Positions 49,471-58,418 of a stretch of 64,000 bases of DNA are shown piece after piece (the stretch's first letter is position 1; every line of letters starts with the position of its first letter). The notes beneath the pieces are model-generated. The model had not been told where the DNA came from, made no database searches, and was given only the letters and a program-made list of their open reading frames with translations. The stretch lies in the IMG/VR virus record IMGVR_UViG_3300038960_000189. The stretch is one strand, 5' to 3'. The stretch comes from an uncultured virus (IMG/VR IMGVR_UViG_3300038960_000189) (lineage: Duplodnaviria > Heunggongvirae > Uroviricota > Caudoviricetes). A program made the position numbers and the translations under genes.

Positions 49471-49769
49471 ATTTTTCTTATTCTATTTGTTATACGTTCT
49501 TTATTTAGGTTCTTTTTTTCTTCTGATATTAGTTTCTTCATCGGGTGTGTACGATTGATATGTTGTTCGTGTTTGGCGGTTATACTAGCCTGTTCCCATG
49601 CTGATAACTCCTGGTCTGTATTATTTAATAAGAATATATCATTTAGGTTTTCTTCATTCCATGATATATAATATAGTCCATCAGAATCCTGTATACACTT
49701 AGCTCCAGGATATCTTTTTAAAACACGATTTTTTAATTTAACTAACTTAGGTAATTTTGGTCTTGCCAT
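49467..49769 (-). CDS. hypothetical protein
   Basis: ORF with TAATG overlap. Confidence 0.55.
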   Translation of the reverse strand: MARPKLPKLVKLKNRVLKRYPGAKCIQDSDGLYYISWNEENLNDIFLLNNTDQELSAWEQASITAKHEQHINRTHPMKKLISEEKKNLNKERITNRIRKI

Positions 49770-50065
49770 TATGCAATGATTATAGGAAGCTGTTCAGTCT
49801 CTAACAAATACTTGAATGGTATTGTACTTTGAATGTTTCCTGATTCTACTAATTTCTCCGTTAAAGATCGATTAATGAAATGGCTCTTTGATGATCTAGA
49901 TGTATTTAAAAAAGATAGACCGGAACGTCTTTCTAATAATACATCATAAAAGTTTTCTTTCTTATGAACGAAGGCTTTCATGATAACGCCTACTTCATGT
50001 TTTTGTTCTTTGGTTTTTTTGTCTATGTTTTCAGTAACAATTACTGTGTCTCCTTGTTTATACAT
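49769..50065 (-). CDS. hypothetical protein (SH3-like)
   Basis: YKQGDTVIV..GVIMK..YDVLL. Confidence 0.5.
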   Translation of the reverse strand: MYKQGDTVIVTENIDKKTKEQKHEVGVIMKAFVHKKENFYDVLLERRSGLSFLNTSRSSKSHFINRSLTEKLVESGNIQSTIPFKYLLETEQLPIIIA

Positions 50066-50262
50066 TATTCGATAATTTTAATAATTTTACTTGATGATAC
50101 TGCTTTTACTTCGTATTCTAATGTAGTAGATCCAAAATCTTTAACTACTTTAGCTTCTGCTTCTGTAACTGACATTGCTTCTACTAGATACATTTCAGTT
50201 ACTCGTTTCTGTTTGCCAGTTGAATCATCCAATAACTGGACTTTTGCTGTGTAATAACCCAT
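50065..50262 (-). CDS. DUF4494-like protein
   Basis: KRVTEMYLVEAMSVTEAEAKV resembles the Bacteroidota DUF4494 family; promoter TTGAAT-N16-TATAAT at 50281-50308. Confidence 0.65.
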   Translation of the reverse strand: MGYYTAKVQLLDDSTGKQKRVTEMYLVEAMSVTEAEAKVVKDFGSTTLEYEVKAVSSSKIIKIIE

Positions 50263-50311
50263 ATTTGTTTAATTTATTATATTATAAGAAAAAATTTTTG
50301 TTATTCAAAGA

Positions 50312-50722
50312 TTAAAAACCAAATATTTGAACTGAATATCCCTTATAAAAACCATATCCAGCTTCTTTGTGCCAATCGAATAACATTTGTTTGTTATGGC
50401 CTGGCGAATAACAAAAACCCTTAAATTCGGCATATACTCCGTCATATAAAGTAAAATATCTAGTTAAATCAGCTCCAGATCCTATATTTTCATTCCAAAC
50501 ACTATCAATATGATTAAATTCGCCGGTTTTATACATATATTCTGCTCTTGATTGAGCTAATTCCGTTAAACTATCAGATAAAGTTAATATTGACTCTCCG
50601 TTAGCAACTCTATGCGAATTAACTAATTTATGCATTATATTAACACAAGAATCTATAGTTGATTGTTTGCTTTGAGAATATACCGATAATGGTAATAATA
50701 ATATTAGAAGTAATTTTTTCAT
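50312..50722 (-). CDS. secreted CAP/SCP-domain protein
   Basis: Signal peptide ending VYS|Q; VNSHR..G..L..L.ELAQSRAEYM..F.H, ENI, SPGH..M. Confidence 0.75.
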   Translation of the reverse strand: MKKLLLILLLPLSVYSQSKQSTIDSCVNIMHKLVNSHRVANGESILTLSDSLTELAQSRAEYMYKTGEFNHIDSVWNENIGSGADLTRYFTLYDGVYAEFKGFCYSPGHNKQMLFDWHKEAGYGFYKGYSVQIFGF

Positions 50723-50780
50723 ATCTTTAATTTTTATATATAATAAGAAAAAAAGATTGAAAATCCAAATTTATTTGTAA

Positions 50781-52877
50781 TTAACTAAACGTTTCAATAG
50801 TTGTTTTACCAGTATATGCTAAAGCATCAGGATTCTTTGTTGCTTTTCCTGTTTCAATTTTTTTATTTAGATTATCAGCAGTTATGTTTACTCCGTTCCA
50901 AACAGAATATTTTTTTCCTATAATTAAAGATCGATTACCATCAGAGTCATATGCTCCAGTAGCAGGAGAATCAAATTTAGGCATTCTTGTTTTAAATAAA
51001 TCTGCTATGTAAAATGCTTTGTCACCTTGTGGCTTAAACAAATAGTAATCTGCTCCAGAAGAAACTTTGAGATCTTTACTTCTCATTTTAAATTTAGCAA
51101 ATCCTGTATATTTACTTGAACCAGTTTTGTCTAAATATCCTTCCGCTCCTCTATATCCAGGTAAGTATTCTTTACTATCTAGATCACCAAATCTTAATTC
51201 TCCAACATAAAGTGCTGATGCATAAATTGTCATCTTCTTAACATCTGCTAACCATGATTTTTCATCTTTATATATAGCCATTGATCCTTTATATGAATCA
51301 GCGTTTAATTTTATAAAAGCATACGCATTAATTAAGCCACTAGCTTTTCCACCTTTTTGAAATCCACTGTAAACAATATTTTTGTCTTGTAATGTTGATT
51401 GATACCATTTTGTAGACATCGTTCCTGGTTTATTTTGTCTCCATCCGGTTGCAATATCACCATCAACAAGAACCATATTAGGCTGATTGCCTACTTTATA
51501 CCATGGATATTGAATAACGTATCTAGGTAGTTCTTCTCTTGGCGTTACCGCAGATGTTACTACTGCATGAGCACTTCTTGTTGTCTTATCCGTAACTTTA
51601 TCAGCTGATATATCTATCTGCATTTTAAACTTAAGAGCATTTTGTATATAAGGAACTATTTTTTGTCGTAAAGCTTCTGCTCTTTCTTTAGCTAAAAAAT
51701 CATTACCTTTTGCAATTGTTTGATATTTATCCGGGCCAGATCCTTTTGCTCTTTTATCATTAGTAGCCTTTCCTGCATCATCTGTTAAATATTTAGTTAC
51801 CCATCCTTTGAATTCTGAATCTCCTCCGAAGTCATGATCAGGGGCAGCTTTATTTACTTTATTATCCCAACGATTAGTTGCAGGTACATCTGTTGCTTGA
51901 CCATTAATCTTAACTGCTAAATCTTCGAGTCTTTTTCCTTTTTTTAATTCATTTTGAATTTGCTCAATAACTTTGTTAGCATGTTTTTGCCATGTACCAT
52001 CATTGATAGTTATGTAATTATTATTGAATACATCATCAAATTCAACAGGAGGAAGCTGTTCCGTTTCTTGTTCAAATAAATTCAATCTAGTTGATTGTTT
52101 TAACAGTTCTTTTAATTTAATCATAGTTTCATCCGTTTCTAGGCGTTCTTTTATAATATTTGCCAATCTATTTTGTGATTTATAATAAATAAAGGAACGA
52201 TACACTTGTTTTGGCGTTAAACCAAAGTTATGAGATAGATTGTCAAGAATATCTGCAACTAAATGCTCCTTTTCCATGTCATTTTTCACTTTTTCGCCTA
52301 GAATTTGTATAATACGCTCTAAATACGTGACATATCCTCCTGGTAATCTCTTTAATGCTCTTGATTTACCGGTATGAACCTTACTTTTTTTCTTTTTTTT
52401 GGACTTTTTTGCTTCTAAAACCAATTTTTTTGCTAAATCTTGGGATGTTTCCACTGATTCAGTAGGTGTAGCCGGCATATTTGCCGCATCTTCACCCTCT
52501 TCACCGCCTGTATTTTGTTTTTTATCATCTGCTGGTGGTGTTATTCCCTCTAAATCTTGTAAAGGTATATTCAATTTAATAGTATAATCTTCATTTCTTG
52601 AATATCCACCATATGGAACAAGAGAAATTATGTTATCTCGAGTCAAACTTTGGAAAACTTGCATGTTCAAGTTTAGTTCTGGTCCGCTTCTTCCTAGAAA
52701 TTCACGAATTCCCATTTCATTTGGTGCATAAATAATACCTAATGAATCTGTACCTAATTCTATAAACTTAGATAAAAACTTTTCTTCATCTTCAGAGAAT
52801 GCAGATGTTTCTATTTCTTGCTCATTTATAGATTTAAGCAACTCTTCTCGTATAATATGTCGAATCATCTTTTCCAT
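50781..52877 (-). CDS. multidomain protein with internal MIKLK leader and OmpA-like domain
   Basis: Internal MIKLKELL at ATG 52124; VKINGQATD...NDFLAKERAEALR resembles OmpA/MotB C-domain. Confidence 0.55.
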   Translation of the reverse strand: MEKMIRHIIREELLKSINEQEIETSAFSEDEEKFLSKFIELGTDSLGIIYAPNEMGIREFLGRSGPELNLNMQVFQSLTRDNIISLVPYGGYSRNEDYTIKLNIPLQDLEGITPPADDKKQNTGGEEGEDAANMPATPTESVETSQDLAKKLVLEAKKSKKKKKSKVHTGKSRALKRLPGGYVTYLERIIQILGEKVKNDMEKEHLVADILDNLSHNFGLTPKQVYRSFIYYKSQNRLANIIKERLETDETMIKLKELLKQSTRLNLFEQETEQLPPVEFDDVFNNNYITINDGTWQKHANKVIEQIQNELKKGKRLEDLAVKINGQATDVPATNRWDNKVNKAAPDHDFGGDSEFKGWVTKYLTDDAGKATNDKRAKGSGPDKYQTIAKGNDFLAKERAEALRQKIVPYIQNALKFKMQIDISADKVTDKTTRSAHAVVTSAVTPREELPRYVIQYPWYKVGNQPNMVLVDGDIATGWRQNKPGTMSTKWYQSTLQDKNIVYSGFQKGGKASGLINAYAFIKLNADSYKGSMAIYKDEKSWLADVKKMTIYASALYVGELRFGDLDSKEYLPGYRGAEGYLDKTGSSKYTGFAKFKMRSKDLKVSSGADYYLFKPQGDKAFYIADLFKTRMPKFDSPATGAYDSDGNRSLIIGKKYSVWNGVNITADNLNKKIETGKATKNPDALAYTGKTTIETFS

Positions 52878-53077
52878 TATATTTTTTTCGATTCAGCTAA
52901 GCAAGCCGTTCTATATTTTGAAGCTAGTTTTCGTATTTCATTGATAGATTTTCTAGCTCTAACTCCGGCAGCTTTTACTTGCCTTGTTTGAAATCTTTCG
53001 TGATTCTCTTGAAACAATGCCCAATAATTTTTCATTTCTTCATATATTTCTTGAGCAGACTTTTGTTCTTCAGACAT
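52877..53077 (-). CDS. histone H1-like (Hc1-type) protein
   Basis: KAAGVRARKSINEIRKLASKYR resembles the Hc1-type histone-like family; late motif at 53101-53108. Confidence 0.7.
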   Translation of the reverse strand: MSEEQKSAQEIYEEMKNYWALFQENHERFQTRQVKAAGVRARKSINEIRKLASKYRTACLAESKKI

Positions 53078-53111
53078 ACGTAAATCCTTTTTATTTTAAT
53101 ATAAATATCGT

Positions 53112-53300
53112 TTAATTGTAATACATGAAAATACGTTCAGCTAATGCATCAATATTAGATTCATTAGTATGAATAGTTGTGTCGTCAATTAATTGTACAC
53201 ATACTTCTTGAGTGATATCATCATTATATAATTGAACAATATATTCAATGTTTATGTAATGCTTACCTTCGTATTTATCGTGTATTTGTATTAGTCCCAT
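53112..53300 (-). CDS. small hypothetical protein (FlbD-like pattern)
   Basis: HYINIEYIVQL...VQLIDDTTIHTNES. Confidence 0.45.
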   Translation of the reverse strand: MGLIQIHDKYEGKHYINIEYIVQLYNDDITQEVCVQLIDDTTIHTNESNIDALAERIFMYYN

Positions 53301-53328
53301 ATTGTACTATTAATTTAATATTTGCAAA

Positions 53329-53607
53329 TTATTTTTTTAATTTGTGTATAGGATATTCTGTAACAGATTGATCATTTGGAAAAATTAATTCAGGGCCTCC
53401 TGGAATGCCTATTTGTTGTTGTCCAGATTGATCTCCTATTATTAATAACATGTATTTTTGTGGCACACCTGTTCTTGGATCAGGTCCCATTGTAATACGG
53501 TTGCTTGTTATTCTTGTTATTCTACCAGGGTATTCCCATTGGCCAAGATTTGACTCAATAATTTCTTGATTTGGAATACTTTTCAATATGTCTTGTAACT
53601 TTATCAT
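53329..53607 (-). CDS. MIKLK-leader protein
   Basis: MIKLQDILKS...IIE then GQWEYPG..ITSNRITM..VTEYP domain. Confidence 0.6.
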   Translation of the reverse strand: MIKLQDILKSIPNQEIIESNLGQWEYPGRITRITSNRITMGPDPRTGVPQKYMLLIIGDQSGQQQIGIPGGPELIFPNDQSVTEYPIHKLKK

Positions 53608-53608
53608 T

Positions 53609-54616
53609 TTATTTAAATGGAACTCCCTTTCTCCAATTTTGTATTACAGATTTATTTAAAGGAATGACTTCAGGTTTACCTAACATTCCTTTTCCTATTA
53701 TAAAATCAAATCCATCATTCATATATTTAGTTAAATTTCCTACAGACATTCCATCAATTATTTCGCCAGTATTTTGTAAATCTAAGCCTCTCGATCCAGC
53801 TTTTAATTCAAAATTATAATATGGCTTTTTACCTGTTGGTTTATAAAATGACGATCCAGATTGTGGATTTGTAGTATAAAATCCACCTGGTTTATTTAAT
53901 GCATCTGTGCCTACTCTTCTTTTAAAAGATCCAGGTCGACTTAAATTTTTAATATTATCTAAAAATCCAGTTAAGTTTAATTTGTTAATTGTTAAATTAG
54001 GATCTGGAGAAACATGTTGTAAAGGCATAGCTTTGTTAGTTTTTATAACCTTCATTTTATTGTTATAGCCTTTAAAATTTTTATAAAATGATGTAGCATC
54101 AATTTTACCAGCAATCAAATCTTCTAGATATTTATCTAAATTTAAATGAGGAAATTTTTTCATCATTGATTCTATTGCTAACATTTGTCTTCGTATATTA
54201 TTCTTAAATTTAACTATTACTTCTAGAATCTTTTTTATTTGACGTAAAGAATATTTAACTCCTCGTTTCAAAGCAAATCCTACAGCTTGTTTTACTCCAG
54301 GTATTGCTCCTATTAAAGGAAGCGCTGCAAATACGCCAGATATAGTTCCCATTAATTTATCGTCTTCTTTAAAATATAATGCAGCATTTGCTAATTCTAT
54401 TGCAACAGCAGCAGGTGGAAAAATAAATGCAGATCCAAACGCTGCAATATCTAATAATGTATGTCTATGATCATAGATCCAATCTGTTGTAGCTTTAATA
54501 GCTTTAGTTACTGGTTTTTCATATGACCGAACTGCTTGGTATGATGGATACATACTAGCACCACTTGTTGGCATACTAAATTGTTCATCTAATAATATGT
54601 CTTTTAGTTTTATCAT
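53609..54616 (-). CDS. MIKLK-leader protein: pre-toxin TG-like linker plus putative ADP-ribosyltransferase
   Basis: LDIAAF...ELANAALYFKEDD...AALPLIG; LQHVS...GGFYTT...LDL...GFDFII...EVI. Confidence 0.6.
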   Translation of the reverse strand: MIKLKDILLDEQFSMPTSGASMYPSYQAVRSYEKPVTKAIKATTDWIYDHRHTLLDIAAFGSAFIFPPAAVAIELANAALYFKEDDKLMGTISGVFAALPLIGAIPGVKQAVGFALKRGVKYSLRQIKKILEVIVKFKNNIRRQMLAIESMMKKFPHLNLDKYLEDLIAGKIDATSFYKNFKGYNNKMKVIKTNKAMPLQHVSPDPNLTINKLNLTGFLDNIKNLSRPGSFKRRVGTDALNKPGGFYTTNPQSGSSFYKPTGKKPYYNFELKAGSRGLDLQNTGEIIDGMSVGNLTKYMNDGFDFIIGKGMLGKPEVIPLNKSVIQNWRKGVPFK

Positions 54617-55462
54617 TTAAATATTGCTTGTCTTGTCCCTTGTATAGGATTTTCTTTTGATGCAGAACATCCTAATGATTTTAGATAATCTGTAACTAAT
54701 TGAATTGTTAATTCTTCTAATATTGTTGATATTGATTCTTGATCTTTTTTTGCTTCTTCAGTACGATTAGGATAATTTAGTTTTTCATGAAAATCTTTAA
54801 TTATGCTAATTGCCTTTCCCGCAGATGGTTTGCTGTCGGGATCAAATAAGTACCTATGATTTCCATGTATAAAAGAATGATATATATCTGAATCACCTTC
54901 TGGTTTGTTTGTACATGTAAGATATTTTCCTAATCGCTGAGATAAATTAGTTATGTCTTGAGTTTTACTTACTAATCCAGNNNNNNNNNNTCGGCGCTGT
55001 TACAGTACAATTAGTTATTTTAGCTATTTCAGCAACTACCGTAGGATTATCTGCTACACTACATCCTCCTAAAAATATTTTTGTATTTGAGTTACAATAT
55101 TTAGCTAGTTCACTCCAAAATGGACTTGCTCCTAATGCAATATCATAGTTAAATTTACCGCATCCGGTATTATGTGATGATATAGTTATGCTATTTAATT
55201 TACCAGGAACTAATAAATCTGCGTTTGCTAATTCTTTTATTTTATTAATAACATCGCCTGTACTCATTTTCTTTGTTACTTCTATATCGATAGCTTTTGT
55301 TCCTTTTAATATTTTACTAGCTATTTTTTCTCCAGCTGTTGAAAAATTTTGTAAAATATAATCCATATTGAATTTAGGTCTTGCTTGGCCAATAAACAAA
55401 TCTGTAATTATCTGTTTACTTTCAGATTGTTGTTCTAATAATATGTCTTTTAATTTAATCAT
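54613..55462 (-). CDS. MIKLK-leader protein with DUF4347/caspase-like (His-Cys) domain, across N gap
   Basis: ITISSHN.G and IFLGGCSVA; after the 54981-54990 gap a frame (GLVSKTQ...QAIFK) stays open to TGA at 54613, overlapping the next ATG. Confidence 0.55.
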
Positions 55463-55830
55463 TTTTTCGATCTTGAATATGATTTTCTTCTTCGTTTCCT
55501 AGAAGCTTTAGTATCTTTTTTCTTTCCGCCTTCACCCCAATTTGCTGCTCCTACCTTTCTGCATGCAGATAATGCTAATGATCCATATGCAGATGGCCAA
55601 ACTTTGTAACGTCTTTTAACTTTGTAATAACATTTATCTCGTCTAGCTTTTTTCTTTTTCTTTTTTTCTGCTAATTCAATTTCATCAACTTTGTCAGGTA
55701 AATTTTCATAATCTTTTTTAGTCATTTTACTTGCAAGTTTTTTAGCCGCATCTTTATCAGTAGCAAACATATATCTTTGTTGTGCCTTTGATGCAAATTT
55801 TTCTGGTAATAATTCTTTTAGCTTAATCAT
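55459..55830 (-). CDS. MIKLK-leader basic protein
   Basis: MIKLKELLPE; CYYKVKRRYKVWPSAYGS..CRK. Confidence 0.65.
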   Translation of the reverse strand: MIKLKELLPEKFASKAQQRYMFATDKDAAKKLASKMTKKDYENLPDKVDEIELAEKKKKKKARRDKCYYKVKRRYKVWPSAYGSLALSACRKVGAANWGEGGKKKDTKASRKRRRKSYSRSKK

Positions 55831-56468
55831 GACTTCTTTTTCTTTTTCCGATAAGTAGATACATTTTTAGCTTTACCTCTTCTATCTGGATTTGGATCTT
55901 CTCTTCGCTTTCTTCTAGCTGCAGACGCTCTTTTCTTTTTACCCATTGCTCTTGCTTGAGCTAATGGTAAACATTTAGGTTTGCCTTCTCCTTTTTTTCT
56001 TCCTCCACAAGAACCTCTAATTTTACCGTCAGGTCCCATTCTAACCCATTTTTGTTTTAACCATTTTCTTAAATCTTCTTGAACTGCTGCTTTTTGAGGT
56101 CCTCTAATATGATCTAAATATGGCTCTATGTCTCCATTGGTATATTTAATTTGATAATCTTCAACATCTGTAGACCCTTTTGGAATAATAATTTTTTCTA
56201 CTGTTTTACCACCAATTTTTAAAATTTCTTCAAGCTCTTTGTATCCAGATCCATATGGTGCTGCTTTGCCGTCATGATTAGGAGCAATGCTTTCATCTTG
56301 ATACATTATCATTTGCTCTGGATCTGAAAATCCTTCGTCTGGAAGTTTGGCTTCTCGTTTAACACAATTTGGAACACGTTTTCCAAACATTGTTTTCATT
56401 CCTTTTTTCTCGTATCCTTTCCAACAACGAGTACCTTTTTCCAGTAGTATGTCTTTGAGCTTTATCAT
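55827..56468 (-). CDS. MIKLK-leader basic multi-module protein
   Basis: MIKLKDILLE; CWKGY..VPNCVK; EDLRKW..KWV..CG..KPKCLP; late motif at 56474-56481. Confidence 0.65.
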   Translation of the reverse strand: MIKLKDILLEKGTRCWKGYEKKGMKTMFGKRVPNCVKREAKLPDEGFSDPEQMIMYQDESIAPNHDGKAAPYGSGYKELEEILKIGGKTVEKIIIPKGSTDVEDYQIKYTNGDIEPYLDHIRGPQKAAVQEDLRKWLKQKWVRMGPDGKIRGSCGGRKKGEGKPKCLPLAQARAMGKKKRASAARRKRREDPNPDRRGKAKNVSTYRKKKKKS

Positions 56469-56528
56469 TTTATATAAATATTGTTATCATGAAATAACAT
56501 TATATATAATATATTGATTGAATATGTG

Positions 56529-57047
56529 TTATGATGTTTTGAATCCTGCGGGAGTAATTTGCGGAAATTCTTGTAGAATAAATCCACGTATAAATTCTAA
56601 TTGTTGAAGTAGTTGTCCTAATATAGCAACTGCATTTTCAATCATACCAGATTTCATACTCATATCTATTTGATTGTCATACCATAGTAATTGTTCAAAT
56701 TCTATAGAATCTCCTGGATCCATATCTGAATTAACATAACTAAATAATTTTTCAGCTACTTCATCGTCACTTACTTGCCTTGTGTGTAATTCATCTTGTA
56801 TGTCAATTGCTACTGTTTCCATTTCATTTAGTATATCAGATGCTTTTTGTTTAAGATCTTCAGATGCATCTGAACTAGCAATTTGTTGTGCATAACTTGA
56901 TATAGCAGTTTTTGCATTACCTGCTTCAAAATTGTTAAAAAATTTAGAAAACTCTTGACGTGTTTGTCGTGCAATATTTTTTTGTTTAGGGACTCCTGGA
57001 ATTTGAAATCCTATTTGATCTTGTAATAATTCTTTTAATTTAATCAT
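56529..57047 (-). CDS. MIKLK-leader helical protein
   Basis: MIKLKELLQD. Confidence 0.6.
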   Translation of the reverse strand: MIKLKELLQDQIGFQIPGVPKQKNIARQTRQEFSKFFNNFEAGNAKTAISSYAQQIASSDASEDLKQKASDILNEMETVAIDIQDELHTRQVSDDEVAEKLFSYVNSDMDPGDSIEFEQLLWYDNQIDMSMKSGMIENAVAILGQLLQQLEFIRGFILQEFPQITPAGFKTS

Positions 57048-57058
57048 ATTAACCTTTA

Positions 57059-57391
57059 TTATTCTCCTTCAACTTGTCCAAGTTCTGGATGATATCCTAA
57101 CCAAACATATTTTGGATATCCAAATGATTCTCCATGCTCTCTAAAATCATCTGAAGGAGTATTTGCAGCTCTTAATTCTGCAGACACTATATTATCTGGT
57201 GTGCCGTACCAATATGCAACATCATATCCACCATCATCTTTCCATCTAACAACTAATCCTCTAGTATGATCATCAGTATCAGCTTGTAATACTGTTGTTT
57301 TACCTTTTGGTAATTTTAAATCAACATTTAACTCTTCTTCTGTTTTATCAGAGTCTTCTTGTTCGTTTAATATATTTTTAAGTTTAATCAT
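57059..57391 (-). CDS. MIKLK-leader acidic protein
   Basis: MIKLKNILNE. Confidence 0.6.
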   Translation of the reverse strand: MIKLKNILNEQEDSDKTEEELNVDLKLPKGKTTVLQADTDDHTRGLVVRWKDDGGYDVAYWYGTPDNIVSAELRAANTPSDDFREHGESFGYPKYVWLGYHPELGQVEGE

Positions 57392-57406
57392 TTGTATTTA
57401 AAACAC

Positions 57407-57450
57407 TAAAACTGCCGAATTAGATAAATTTATTTATTTCGGCAGCTTTA
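57407..57450 (-). terminator. hairpin, probable terminator
   Basis: CTGCCGAA...TTCGGCAG arms with AT-rich inner stem; TTTT follows on minus strand. Confidence 0.55.
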
Positions 57451-57487
57451 TTTCAAACTCCTCTTTTTTGTATAACACGCATAACTA

Positions 57488-57808
57488 TTAGGTATCATCA
57501 GTTTTCGATCTTCTTTTTCTTGTAGATCTATTCGTTGCTGATATTAATAACCTTTCTTCCATACGTGCTAATTTTTCTCTTAACATCGTATTTTCTTCAA
57601 TTAATGCATCAATCTTGCCTTCTAATTCTTCTATCTTTCTTTTCAAATCTAGAATAACTTCAGACATCAATTTGTCTTTGATATTTTGATCTTTAGTTAA
57701 TTTTTTTTCTCGAAGCTCAATTCTTCGCTTCCATATCAACCAAATTTCTTTAATACCTAATGCACTAACTAATGCAGTTAAAATACTGACTAGTAGTTCG
57801 CTTTCCAT
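57488..57808 (-). CDS. TM-anchored coiled-coil protein (holin/antiholin-like)
   Basis: N-terminal hydrophobic helix then leucine-zipper coil; late motif at 57853-57860. Confidence 0.5.
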   Translation of the reverse strand: MESELLVSILTALVSALGIKEIWLIWKRRIELREKKLTKDQNIKDKLMSEVILDLKRKIEELEGKIDALIEENTMLREKLARMEERLLISATNRSTRKRRSKTDDT

Positions 57809-57890
57809 GTTTATACCTTCCTCATGTTAAACGATTACATCATTCACCATTTATAAATATGTAACAGTATATAAAAGTAACTATAATTAG

Positions 57891-58418
57891 CTAATCTTTT
57901 TCTTTTTTATCGATCCCAAAATTTTCTTTTAACCATTTAGTATATTTTGGCTTTAAAGACTCTTCCATTGTCGCCCATTGATATGCTAATGAATATCTAA
58001 CATTTTCAATTTTCTTATCAATAGAATTACATAAGTCTTCGAAGGTATCTATTAATTCATCAGTTATATATTCTGCTATATCAATATTATTTTCTTCAGC
58101 TACTAAAATTAATCCAATAGTATCTCCCTCATTATATAATCTAGATAGTTCGTGAAATTTATCTGCAGAGCCTCCTTTATCTGGATGTAGATGTTTACTT
58201 AATTCAGTATATATACGTCTAGCTGGAGAACTTGTTACACGATTGTTTATTTTTTCTTGTAACTTTGTTTCGTCAGATTTTTTATCTTTTGTTGTATCTT
58301 TTTCTATTGACTCAAAATCATTTACGAATTGTTTGATATATACATCGTTTTCTTTTTTTATATCATTTAATTCACAAATTAAATATTGGTACTTATGTAT
58401 CCATTTTTGGTAAGACAT
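57891..58418 (-). CDS. J-domain (DnaJ-like) protein
   Basis: YTELSKHLHPDKGGS..F..L..Y (HPD motif). Confidence 0.75.
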   Translation of the reverse strand: MSYQKWIHKYQYLICELNDIKKENDVYIKQFVNDFESIEKDTTKDKKSDETKLQEKINNRVTSSPARRIYTELSKHLHPDKGGSADKFHELSRLYNEGDTIGLILVAEENNIDIAEYITDELIDTFEDLCNSIDKKIENVRYSLAYQWATMEESLKPKYTKWLKENFGIDKKEKD

